From positions 4,312 to 68,311 of the IMG/VR virus record IMGVR_UViG_3300036520_000018: a stretch of 64,000 bases of DNA; one strand, given 5' to 3'. A program made the translations under genes and the position numbers. Below are positions 36,308 to 45,301 of the stretch, piece after piece. The stretch is from a virus. Lineage: Duplodnaviria > Caudoviricetes. The number at the start of each line of letters is the position of its first letter. The stretch's first letter is position 1. The notes under the pieces were generated by a model. It was not told where the DNA came from. It ran no database searches and saw only the letters and a program-made list of their open reading frames with translations.

Positions 36308-37291
36308 ATGGCTTTTCAAGCTATCCCGACGCTTGCTGGGCAAGCGGCGATTGCGGCTGCGCTCGATCCGGATACCCCGGTCCCGCTGGTCATCTCCAAG
36401 CTGGTCGTGGGTGACGGAAACGGCAACGAAACGACGCCTCTGGAAACTCAGACGTCGTTGGTCAATGAATGCGCCGAGGTGCCGATTGCGGCCACAACGC
36501 GCGACAGCAACAAGCTCACTATTGATGCTATCGTTGATGAGAGCATCGGCGGCTTCACAATCCGGGAGGTCGGGGTCGAAGACGAGAATGGCGTTCTGTT
36601 GTTCGTGGCAAATGTACCTGCCACCGAAAAGCAGATGATTGCGCAAGGCGTTCAGGATATCCTGACCCTCGGTCTGATCGTCGTCGTGTCTGACACCGCC
36701 CAGGTTGTTCTGAGCGTCAGTGGCACCACCTATGCGACCCACGACTACGTCAATCAAGCGGTTCTGGCGATCCGCACCAACATCAACACCCCACTGCGAC
36801 CATATCACATAGCGGTCAAGAGCCTTGGCGTAGCAACCCCGCCTAATGTTCCTGCTCCTGGTGACGCCTACATCGTAGCTGCCGATGCTACTGGCCTTTG
36901 GGCTGGCAGGGTAGGACAACTGGCGCAGTATATCAGTGGCGCGGTTGGCTGGGTGTTCGCCACCCCGCCTCGTGCCTTCATCGTGTCCAACGAAGCCGAC
37001 GACCTGCTCTACCAGCGTCGCACCAATGGTACTTGGGTGCCTTTCATTCCAGTGAACGCGTCTGGCAAGGCCCTCTGGCTGCGAGATGATGGCGCAGGCA
37101 ACAAGAGCTGGACCGATCCTTTCGACATCGCCGGGCTCGACACGATCGATGCGCTCAACATTGCAGACTTTGTGGGCGTGCATGACGTGTCGGTGAACGG
37201 CAAACGCAAAACCACCATTCAGGCTTTCGCGACGTTTGTGGCGCTTGTCGCGTCGCGTACCGGCGAGCAATTCTTCATGTCAGGACACTAA
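36308..37291 (+). CDS. Tail fibre gpH-like protein (collar domain plus DUF2793-like domain)
   Basis: GGFTIREVG collar motif; TPPNVPAPGDAYIVAADATGLWAGR. Confidence 0.82.
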   Translation: MAFQAIPTLAGQAAIAAALDPDTPVPLVISKLVVGDGNGNETTPLETQTSLVNECAEVPIAATTRDSNKLTIDAIVDESIGGFTIREVGVEDENGVLLFVANVPATEKQMIAQGVQDILTLGLIVVVSDTAQVVLSVSGTTYATHDYVNQAVLAIRTNINTPLRPYHIAVKSLGVATPPNVPAPGDAYIVAADATGLWAGRVGQLAQYISGAVGWVFATPPRAFIVSNEADDLLYQRRTNGTWVPFIPVNASGKALWLRDDGAGNKSWTDPFDIAGLDTIDALNIADFVGVHDVSVNGKRKTTIQAFATFVALVASRTGEQFFMSGH

Positions 37292-37600
37292 ATGGCCCAG
37301 TCAGTTACTCTCGTTTCTGAGAGCAGCAATCGGTTCTTGCGCATCGCCGGGACATTGGTGGCCTCCGCATGGGCAAACGGCGCCGTTATCTACACGGTGC
37401 CCGCCGGGAAGCGGCTTGTTGTAAAGACCAATATCCAGATCAGTTGGCAGGGAACGCCTGCGGCACCGCATTTCCTCTTCAACAACGTTCAAACGCAGCC
37501 CTACGAGTTGAGTTACGTCCTCAGCGCAGGGGTGCGGATCGTTGAACAGAACTCTGGTGGCAGCGGCTACTTCACCGGCTTTCTCGAGGATGACATCTGA
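37292..37600 (+). CDS. Tail fibre-associated hypothetical protein
   Basis: Directly coupled within the fibre cluster; YTVPAGK motif. Confidence 0.6.
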   Translation: MAQSVTLVSESSNRFLRIAGTLVASAWANGAVIYTVPAGKRLVVKTNIQISWQGTPAAPHFLFNNVQTQPYELSYVLSAGVRIVEQNSGGSGYFTGFLEDDI

Positions 37601-39309
37601 TGAGTGAGGCAGCACGCGCCGAAGCGTTCGCGGCCCAGGCCGATCGCTCCCGCGAGATGTCTGCAGGCTATATTCAACAGGCAATAGCTGTTGCTCGGCA
37701 GGTGGCAGACATCCGTGACAACGTCGCCAGATCACTGTCCTCAGCTTCCATTGCTCATCGCTGGGTAGGAACGCGGCTGGAGATACTTAGCCCTGACGGG
37801 ACCTGGGCCGAAGGACCGGATTTGCAGGGAATTGCAGGGTCAGGCATCACTTCGGCCGTCATAGATGAGGAGTATCATCTCATCCTCACAATCGAGGGCG
37901 TCGGAGATGTTGATGCTGGCTACCTCCGCGGTGCGCCGGGCAATGATGGCGTGGACGGAACAGACGGCATTTCCGTCACCGCGGCGCAGATCGACAGCAA
38001 TGGGCATCTAGTCCTGTCGTTTAGTACCGGATCACCAGTCGATGTTGGCCAGGTAGTTGGTCAAGACGGCACTGACGGAGCAGACGGAAGCGATGGTGAC
38101 GACGGCCTCGCGGCAACCGTGAGCATCGGGAGTGTCGCAACGCTCCCTGCAGGTAGTTCAGCCACCGTAGAGAACGTCGGCACGCCGAACGCCGCGGTTC
38201 TAAATATTGGACTTCCTAAGGGCGACAAGGGCGACAGTTCAGGAACTGTTACTTCGATCGGCGTTGCCATGCCAACTGGCTTTCAGGTCACAAATTCTCC
38301 GGTGACAACTGCGGGCACTATCACGGTCGCATTTTCGGCGGGCTATGCGCCATTCACAACCGGTGAGCAGGTCAAGCTTGGCCACATCAGCGTCACCCAG
38401 CCGGTGGATTTGGACGCTATTGAGAGCCGCATCATTGCGCTTGACGCTGTGGTCATCCTTAAAGGCACCTGGTCTGCGGCAAGCGGGACGTTCCCTGGTG
38501 GCGGAACGGCTCAGGCGGGTGAAAGTTGGATCGTTTCTACCGACGGAACCGTCAACGGTGTTGCGTTTGCAGCCGGCGATCGCCTGATAGCTGTTACGGA
38601 CAATGCCTCCACGACAGCGTTTGCAGGCAATTGGTTCAAGGCGGACTACACCGACCAGGTGCTGTCGGTTGACGGCGCTGTCGGCGCCGTCACGGTTGGC
38701 GCAATTATCGCCGCGTCTACATCCAAAGCAACGCCGGTTGATGCCGACAAGTTGGCCATCTCTGATAGCGCGGCCTCAAACGGTTCCAAGCACGTCACCT
38801 TCGCCAACCTGAAGACTTGGATTTGGACGGCGCTGGGCGGATTGATCAATGGCGGCACAGCCAAGACCACCCCGGTTGATGCTGACATGTTTGCCTTGGC
38901 GGACAGTGCGGCATCAAACGCCACCAAGAAAGTCACTTGGGCGAACATCAAGGCCACACTGAACAGCCTCTATGTTCGACTTGGCACTGATGGTGCATTG
39001 ACGGCGGGCTTCACCGCTACAGCGGTAAATGATGGCACAAAGTCGAGTGGGACTTATACGCCGACCCCGGCGGGTGGGAACTTCAAGCGGGCAGTAAATG
39101 GAGGGGCTCACACTTTGGCGGCGCCTGACGCCAGTGGCGACTACACAATGATCATACAGTACACCAACAGCGGGACTGCTGGAGCAGTCACCCTCTCTGG
39201 GTTCTCGAAAACGTCCGGAATATTCACCACCACAAGTGGTGACGACTTCATGGTCTACATCAGCAAGGTGAACGGCTTCACCCACGCTAATATCGTGGCT
39301 CTGCAATGA
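37600..39309 (+). CDS. Collagen-like tail fibre protein
   Basis: GxD triplets, GLPKGDKGD, and two TPVDAD...DSAASN...VT(F/W)AN(L/I)K repeats. Confidence 0.8.
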   Translation: MSEAARAEAFAAQADRSREMSAGYIQQAIAVARQVADIRDNVARSLSSASIAHRWVGTRLEILSPDGTWAEGPDLQGIAGSGITSAVIDEEYHLILTIEGVGDVDAGYLRGAPGNDGVDGTDGISVTAAQIDSNGHLVLSFSTGSPVDVGQVVGQDGTDGADGSDGDDGLAATVSIGSVATLPAGSSATVENVGTPNAAVLNIGLPKGDKGDSSGTVTSIGVAMPTGFQVTNSPVTTAGTITVAFSAGYAPFTTGEQVKLGHISVTQPVDLDAIESRIIALDAVVILKGTWSAASGTFPGGGTAQAGESWIVSTDGTVNGVAFAAGDRLIAVTDNASTTAFAGNWFKADYTDQVLSVDGAVGAVTVGAIIAASTSKATPVDADKLAISDSAASNGSKHVTFANLKTWIWTALGGLINGGTAKTTPVDADMFALADSAASNATKKVTWANIKATLNSLYVRLGTDGALTAGFTATAVNDGTKSSGTYTPTPAGGNFKRAVNGGAHTLAAPDASGDYTMIIQYTNSGTAGAVTLSGFSKTSGIFTTTSGDDFMVYISKVNGFTHANIVALQ

Positions 39310-39731
39310 TGTTCATGCCGATGTTTAGCCCAGTGGTGGAGGTTGCTGGGCCTGCTGGTATCACGTTGGTGGCAGGCGATCCCGCGCCGCCGAGCAACAC
39401 TTCTGGCTGGTTTAGCGCCGCGGACACCTACTACAACACGACCGGCGCGGAAGTCGGCAGCATCTCGGCACCATTGTTCGCAGATAGGACGGCGCTTTAT
39501 CTGCAGGCGACCAACACCGGCGACTATATAGGGGTTGAGTTAGGGTTGAGTGGAAACCATCTTGGATACCTTGCCGGAAAGTCCATTTTGGTAGACGGAA
39601 TACTTATTCTCTCCTCATCCATGACTGGTTACTACGAAGATTATGACTCAGGATCGGGGCTGACCTACTTCGGCTGCCCGGGTACGTTCATTTTTAATGA
39701 TGCGCAAAGTTACACTATCAGTATTGCATAG
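39306..39731 (+). CDS. Fibre-associated hypothetical protein
   Basis: ATGA overlap with the fibre gene. Confidence 0.6.
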   Translation: MMFMPMFSPVVEVAGPAGITLVAGDPAPPSNTSGWFSAADTYYNTTGAEVGSISAPLFADRTALYLQATNTGDYIGVELGLSGNHLGYLAGKSILVDGILILSSSMTGYYEDYDSGSGLTYFGCPGTFIFNDAQSYTISIA

Positions 39732-39755
39732 CCTATCTGCTTACTAGGAACTCCC

Positions 39756-40793
39756 ATGATCACCGCAACATACAACACGCCTGCGTCGGACTGGACGCGG
39801 GCCATCGATGCTGCCTTGGTGGAATGGTCCAAGCACATCGTAGGCAACGCTGTTCTTCGGATCACTTTGGTGGTCGACAAAGGCCTTGGTTTTCTTGCGT
39901 CTCACACGGCTGGCAACTGCGTCAGCCTCGGCCAGCATCAGGGAAGGGCGGTTGCTCTTCCCAATGCTGCGGCTCGGCTGCAAGGGTGGGATGGTCCAGG
40001 CCCGGACTTCACCATCAAGATCAATCCTACCTATCCGTGGAGCTTTGGTCCGATCCCTGAGGCGGACAAGTATTGGGCGCCAGGCGTGATGCTCCATGAA
40101 CTCGGCCATGCCCTGTTCATGACGCAGAACCTGCAAAGCGTCACAACGCCGTTCGAGATCTGGGCTTCGCAGCAGGATCAGGATCTGTTCCACAATGTGC
40201 ATCACTTCGATGATGAAGACATGCTCATGTCCAAGACGGTTCTAAAGGGGCAAAGTCAGGCAGCCACAGCGCTCGACTTGCAAGCGGCTGCAGCAAGCAG
40301 CATCCCAACCAAGGGCAACAACACGATCTACCTGATCCCAGGAGCCCGCGTGTCTGGTGGTGGCGGTAACGACGTTGCGGTGTGGCTCGGGCCATTCTCT
40401 CGGTTCAATGCTGTTCTGACCAACATCCAGACGCTGGAACTACGAGGTGACAATCCGCTGACCCAGACTGAGGCCGATCTCTACCGGCTCTACCGAGCAG
40501 CTTTCGGCCGGATTCCTGATCTCGGTGGCTACACATGGTGGTCAAAGCAGAACCGAGCGCTTGACGACATCGCTCGGGCTTTTGTGGACTCGCCTGAGTT
40601 CAAAGCGATGTTTGGTGGCGCAACGAGATCAGCCTTGGTCGAGAAGCTTTACCGGCACATTCTTGGCCGAGCACCTGACCCAAGCGGATACCAATACTGG
40701 GTAGGCCGAACTGACCTGAGCGATGCCGAACTGCTGGTGCGGTTCACATTGGCCGAGGAGAACGTGATCGGAGTGCCAACTTTCGCACCGTAA
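39756..40793 (+). CDS. Zincin metallopeptidase with C-terminal DUF4214 domain
   Basis: VMLHELGHAL; LYRLYRAAFGRIPDLGGYTWW; LYRHILGRAPDPSGYQYW. Confidence 0.85.
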   Translation: MITATYNTPASDWTRAIDAALVEWSKHIVGNAVLRITLVVDKGLGFLASHTAGNCVSLGQHQGRAVALPNAAARLQGWDGPGPDFTIKINPTYPWSFGPIPEADKYWAPGVMLHELGHALFMTQNLQSVTTPFEIWASQQDQDLFHNVHHFDDEDMLMSKTVLKGQSQAATALDLQAAAASSIPTKGNNTIYLIPGARVSGGGGNDVAVWLGPFSRFNAVLTNIQTLELRGDNPLTQTEADLYRLYRAAFGRIPDLGGYTWWSKQNRALDDIARAFVDSPEFKAMFGGATRSALVEKLYRHILGRAPDPSGYQYWVGRTDLSDAELLVRFTLAEENVIGVPTFAP

Positions 40794-40797
40794 GCCT

Positions 40798-41427
40798 CTA
40801 CTTGGAACTCATAGCTTTGCTTCGCGCAGGCTTTAACGCTTCTTCTGCACTTTTTCCCCGGCGAAGGCGCGAGAAAATCGTTGCTGAATCGATACCAAGT
40901 TCCTTTGCCCACGCGGTGATTGTCTTGGTAGCGCCGCGGTAGGTTAGTGTCTCTGGTGCTCTTTCCCCATTCCGTTTCGAACTCCAGAAGCAATTAGCTT
41001 TGTCGAAGTCCTTTGTCTCATCATGCCGCGCAATAAAGCCCCCAGCGGGTCGTTCCCCCATATCTTGTAAGAAAGCTTCAAACTCGTTCCAGCGAGGGTC
41101 GAAGCCAATGCCGCGCGCGCCCACCTTCTTGTAAACGGTGGAAGAAGTTTGTGTGCACGCGTTCATGATCTGGCGCCAGGCGGTGTAGGTAGGCGATTGG
41201 TTGCCTAATTGCGCATGGCCGTGCTTGGACAATCGCCCACTGCTGACTTCAGACCTGTAACATCCGCAGGATAGGGATTTGCCGCTTCTCAGCGCCCCGA
41301 CAAAAACTTGTCGCTCCACTCCGCAGACGCAGCGACAGTTCCAATACTTTGGTTTGGAAATCACCGGCGACAATACTGCCCAGCGACCATATTGTTGCCC
41401 CGTGAGGTCTGCCGCCACGCGAACCAT
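40798..41427 (-). CDS. HNH-type homing endonuclease-like protein
   Basis: DLTGQQYGRW...YWNCRCVCG...SCGC...RGI...RW..FEAF..DMGERP; ORF extends to 41472. Confidence 0.8.
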   Translation of the reverse strand: MVRVAADLTGQQYGRWAVLSPVISKPKYWNCRCVCGVERQVFVGALRSGKSLSCGCYRSEVSSGRLSKHGHAQLGNQSPTYTAWRQIMNACTQTSSTVYKKVGARGIGFDPRWNEFEAFLQDMGERPAGGFIARHDETKDFDKANCFWSSKRNGERAPETLTYRGATKTITAWAKELGIDSATIFSRLRRGKSAEEALKPARSKAMSSK

Positions 41428-41516
41428 GAACAATCCCGAAAACGGTAAAGAGGAGTAATGATGTATGACCAAAAGAACTCGTCAAGCGAATAATTGCAGC
41501 AAGACGGCCTTTGGCA

Positions 41517-41531
41517 TTAACCGTCCGTTAA
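41517..41531. promoter_or_regulatory. CtrA binding site
   Basis: TTAA-CCGTCCG-TTAA, 82 bp upstream of the RTX gene start. Confidence 0.6.
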
Positions 41532-41613
41532 ATTCTTCCTTGCTTTGAGAGGGTAAATAAACTGTTACTGCCGACCTCACCGCGACTAGACGCAGGGTTT
41601 GGGGTAAATATAA

Positions 41614-44600
41614 ATGGCAAGCATTCAGGGTATCTACATCGCGCTTTTTGGGCGCCCGGCAGATCCAGAAGGTCTGGAATACTGGACCTTCCAGACTAAG
41701 GGTGGCACCGATCTTTCGTTCTTGATCGGCCGACTCACTGCAGCAGATGAATACACGGACCTCGTTGCAAACAAGACGCCTACCGAAGTCATCAACGCGA
41801 TCTACCAGCACCTCTTCGATCGTGACGCTGACGCTGACGGCCTGGCCCACTACCTTGCCCTGCTGGAAAGCGGCGCGCAGACCATTGAAACAATCGCCAT
41901 CAACATTCTCGATGGTGCTGGCGGCTCGGACATTGCTCGTATCAATGCCAAGATCGCTGCCGCCGATCTGTTTACAACAAACCTCGATCTTGATGTTGAG
42001 GTTGTGGCTTACGCCGGAACAACCGCAGAAACCGTTGGCCGTGACTACATCAACGCGGTTGATGAGACCAAGCCTGCTAACGGTGCCCTTGCTGACGAGT
42101 ACATCCTCAAGCTGCTGCCCGACGAAGGTCAGGGTCCAGGTGAAGAGCCTGGTGGTAATCCGGGCGGGAACCCTGGTGGTAATCCTGGAGGTAATCCAGG
42201 CGGCGGTGGGAACCCACCTGCTGAAGAGGCGCCAATCGCCCTTGATGACGTGCTTGCCGCAACCAACGAAGACGCGGCGCGCACCTATGCATCTGTTGAT
42301 CTTTGGGGCAACGACACCGATGCGAACGGTGACCCACGCACCGTTATCGCAGTCAGCAATGCTCAGAACGGGACTGTCATTCTTAACCAGGACGGCACCG
42401 TAACGTTCACGCCTGCTGCCAACTACAATGGCCCAGCAAGCTTTGAATACACCATCACCGATGGCAAGGGTGGCACCGACGTCGGCAAAGCAACGCTCAA
42501 CGTTGTGGCTGTAAATGACGCGCCAGAAGCAGGCGTGGTTACCGCAAAGACCGATGAAGACACCTCGGTGAGCATCAACGTTCTTGCCGGCGCTTCGGAC
42601 GTTGAAGGCACTGCCTTGACGGTTATTGAAGCCACCGCAGCAAACGGCAAGGTCACCATCGAAGCTGACGGAACCCTGACTTACACGCCCAACGCGGAAT
42701 TTAACGGCTCTGACACCATCAGCTACAAGCTGTCGGATGGCACCGATACGACCGATGCAACAGTTTCGGTGACAATCAATCCGATCAACGACAAGCCTAT
42801 AGCCAACGCGGACACCGCAACCGTAGCAGAAGACGGATCGGTGACCTTCAACGTTCTTGCGAACGACAGCGACATCGACAAGGATGGTCTGTCAGTTCTC
42901 AGCGTAGCCAACGTTGTTGGTGGCACCGTGAAGGTAAACCTGGACAACACCATCACCTTCACTGCCACCCCGAACTCCAATGCAGCCGGCAGCTTTGACT
43001 ACACTGTATCGGACGGCAATGGCGGTACAGCCACGGCAACTGCGACAATCAACGTCACGCCTGTCAATGACGATCCGACCAATTCGGTGGTGATCTTGCC
43101 AGCTGTGGCCGAGGACAGCGGCGCTCTGACCATTACGCTGGAACAGCTGTTGGCCGAAGTTAAGGACGTGGACAACACCACGTTTACGCTCAGCGGTCTG
43201 ACCTCATCGAGCGGGACGTTGGTTCCCAACCAAGACGGGACCGCGTGGACCTTTACGCCAGCTGCCGATGACGATACTTCGGTGACGTTTACCTACACGG
43301 TGTCTGATGGTGCAGGTGGTAGTGTTGCAGGCTCTGCAACCCTCGAGCTTACTTCGGTCAACGATGCTCCAGTAGTTTCCGATTCTTCGGTGTCGGGCGA
43401 TGAAGACAACACGATCTCTGGTAAGGTCACTGGGACTGATGTCGACAATCCTGCTGCTTCTCTGACCTACACTCTGGTCAGCGATGTTGCTCCAGCGGCT
43501 GGCGTTCTGACCTTCAACGCTGATGGCTCATACAGCTTTGTACCAACCGAAAACTTCAATGGCGAAGCTAGCTTCACCTACAAGGCAAACGACGGTACGG
43601 ATGACAGCCTGCTCGCCAAAGTCACGATTACCATCAACCCGATCAATGACGGGCCAGTGATCAACATCGTCACAGAAACGAAGTTTGTTGATGAAAATAG
43701 CGGCGAAGCCGTTGTTGCAACTGGCTCAATCTCGGACCCCGAAGGCGACAACTATACCTATGAGATCACCGGCGAAGATAAAGATCTCTTCTTTGTCAAT
43801 GCCAAAGGAGAATTGGTACTGCGCGATGTCGACTTTGAAGCCCTTTCGCCTGACAAGGTGGTGAATGCCACTGTTGTAGCGACTGACGACAAAGGTGCAT
43901 CTACCAGCCGGGACTTCTCGGTTACTATCCAGGACGTGAACGAGAAACCAACCAACTCGGCCATAACGTTGGCTGCTTCTGATGAGGATAAGGTCCGTAT
44001 CATTACGGCAGACGAACTGCTGGCCAACGCCAAAGATGTGGATGCAGGCACTACCTTCTCGGTTGCCGATCTGGTCGCATCAAGCGGCACACTAGTTCCC
44101 AACCAGGATGGCACCTCATGGAGCTTCACGCCAGCCAAGAACGATGACACCTCGGTATCGTTCACCTACACCGTCAAAGACGGTGCCGGAGAGAGTGTTG
44201 CAGGATCTGCTACGCTGGATCTCACGCCTGTCAATGATGCGCCCGACTTGCAGATAGTTGGTACAGCCTTGACGATAGTCAAAGAAAACAACACAACTGC
44301 TACTCGGATTGCTGACCTCAAGGTTGTTGATGTCGATGGCCCTGGCATAGAGTTGACGCTCTCAGGAGCGGACAAGAACTTCTTTGATTTCGACCAGAAC
44401 GGTGATCTAGTTCTGAAAGCCGGCGTGGACTTTGACAATCTTACCCCAGACAAGATTTTGGAGGTAACTGTCACTGCAAACGATAAGTCAGGCGCTGCTA
44501 ATGCTACGGATAGCATGGACTTCGTCGTTACAATCACCAATGACACTGCTGATGATTTTGATACGAATGATTTCGATAATCGGGGTGCTGCTGGAAGCCA

Positions 44601-45129
44601 AACTCTAGACGGAACCACCGATTGGTTTTGGGGAACTCACAATGCTGACACACTCTACGGAGGTGCAGGCAATGACACACTCAACGGCCTCGGCAATACG
44701 GACACGCTCTACGGCGGGTCAGGCGATGACATCCTGAACGGTGGAGCGAACAACGACACCCTTTATGGCGGCTCTGGCAACGATACCCTCCGTGGAGGCA
44801 CCGGTGGCGACACACTCTACGGAGGAATTGGCAACGACAAATTCGTCTTCTATGCAGGTGAGAGTACCACTGGTAGCGCGGACGTGATTATGGATTGGAA
44901 CGCCGGCGACCAGATTGACTTCTCCAATGTCGACTCGCGTCTAGGCAATGCTTCGTTCAATCCCTTCACCTTCGGGGGAAGTGACAGTACTCCAGACGAG
45001 ACTGAAGTTTCATACTGGTTTGACGGATCCAACACGATTGTCACTGCAAACGTGGTCAATGGCACCGACCTGACGATTGTTCTAGTAGGTCAGCATACAT
45101 TGAGCGCAGGCGATTTCATCTTTGAATAA
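41614..45129 (+). CDS. RTX adhesin / S-layer-like type I secretion substrate (DUF4214, cadherin-like repeats, RTX repeats)
   Basis: IYIALFGRPADPEGLEYW N-terminus; repeated V..VNDAP Ig/cadherin units; GG.GNDTL.G nonapeptides; D.I.D...GDQIDFS C-terminus; no signal peptide. Confidence 0.9.
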   Translation: MASIQGIYIALFGRPADPEGLEYWTFQTKGGTDLSFLIGRLTAADEYTDLVANKTPTEVINAIYQHLFDRDADADGLAHYLALLESGAQTIETIAINILDGAGGSDIARINAKIAAADLFTTNLDLDVEVVAYAGTTAETVGRDYINAVDETKPANGALADEYILKLLPDEGQGPGEEPGGNPGGNPGGNPGGNPGGGGNPPAEEAPIALDDVLAATNEDAARTYASVDLWGNDTDANGDPRTVIAVSNAQNGTVILNQDGTVTFTPAANYNGPASFEYTITDGKGGTDVGKATLNVVAVNDAPEAGVVTAKTDEDTSVSINVLAGASDVEGTALTVIEATAANGKVTIEADGTLTYTPNAEFNGSDTISYKLSDGTDTTDATVSVTINPINDKPIANADTATVAEDGSVTFNVLANDSDIDKDGLSVLSVANVVGGTVKVNLDNTITFTATPNSNAAGSFDYTVSDGNGGTATATATINVTPVNDDPTNSVVILPAVAEDSGALTITLEQLLAEVKDVDNTTFTLSGLTSSSGTLVPNQDGTAWTFTPAADDDTSVTFTYTVSDGAGGSVAGSATLELTSVNDAPVVSDSSVSGDEDNTISGKVTGTDVDNPAASLTYTLVSDVAPAAGVLTFNADGSYSFVPTENFNGEASFTYKANDGTDDSLLAKVTITINPINDGPVINIVTETKFVDENSGEAVVATGSISDPEGDNYTYEITGEDKDLFFVNAKGELVLRDVDFEALSPDKVVNATVVATDDKGASTSRDFSVTIQDVNEKPTNSAITLAASDEDKVRIITADELLANAKDVDAGTTFSVADLVASSGTLVPNQDGTSWSFTPAKNDDTSVSFTYTVKDGAGESVAGSATLDLTPVNDAPDLQIVGTALTIVKENNTTATRIADLKVVDVDGPGIELTLSGADKNFFDFDQNGDLVLKAGVDFDNLTPDKILEVTVTANDKSGAANATDSMDFVVTITNDTADDFDTNDFDNRGAAGSQTLDGTTDWFWGTHNADTLYGGAGNDTLNGLGNTDTLYGGSGDDILNGGANNDTLYGGSGNDTLRGGTGGDTLYGGIGNDKFVFYAGESTTGSADVIMDWNAGDQIDFSNVDSRLGNASFNPFTFGGSDSTPDETEVSYWFDGSNTIVTANVVNGTDLTIVLVGQHTLSAGDFIFE
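42151..42216 (+). repeat. (GGNP)n linker repeat
   Basis: Four 12-bp units with synonymous variation plus one GGGGNPP. Confidence 0.9.
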
Positions 45130-45203
45130 AATTGGCGAAGGGAACCGTTTGCAGTTCCCTACCAAATGACTAGCCAAACCACCCCCTGAATGGTGGCCAG
45201 AGA

Positions 45204-45229
45204 AGCCCGGTGTTCGCACCGGGCTTTTT
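45204..45229 (+). terminator. Intrinsic terminator after the RTX gene
   Basis: AGCCCGGTG-TTCG-CACCGGGCT-TTTT; neighbouring hairpins at 45139-45160 and 45242-45263. Confidence 0.85.
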
Positions 45230-45301
45230 CATACACGCAACAACCCGCTCCGGCGGGTTTTTTGTTGCCCATTTTTACCTACCCAACCCAAGGAAACCGA
45301 C

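Noticed and set aside
35846-37270. 474-aa minus-strand ORF
   Set aside because: Antisense shadow of well-supported gpI and gpH, with no motifs
36308-39731. Diversity-generating retroelement or invertible tail-fibre system
   Set aside because: No reverse transcriptase, invertase or adenine-specific repeat pair seen
39744-40205. 153-aa minus-strand ORF
   Set aside because: Antisense to the metallopeptidase gene, with no motifs
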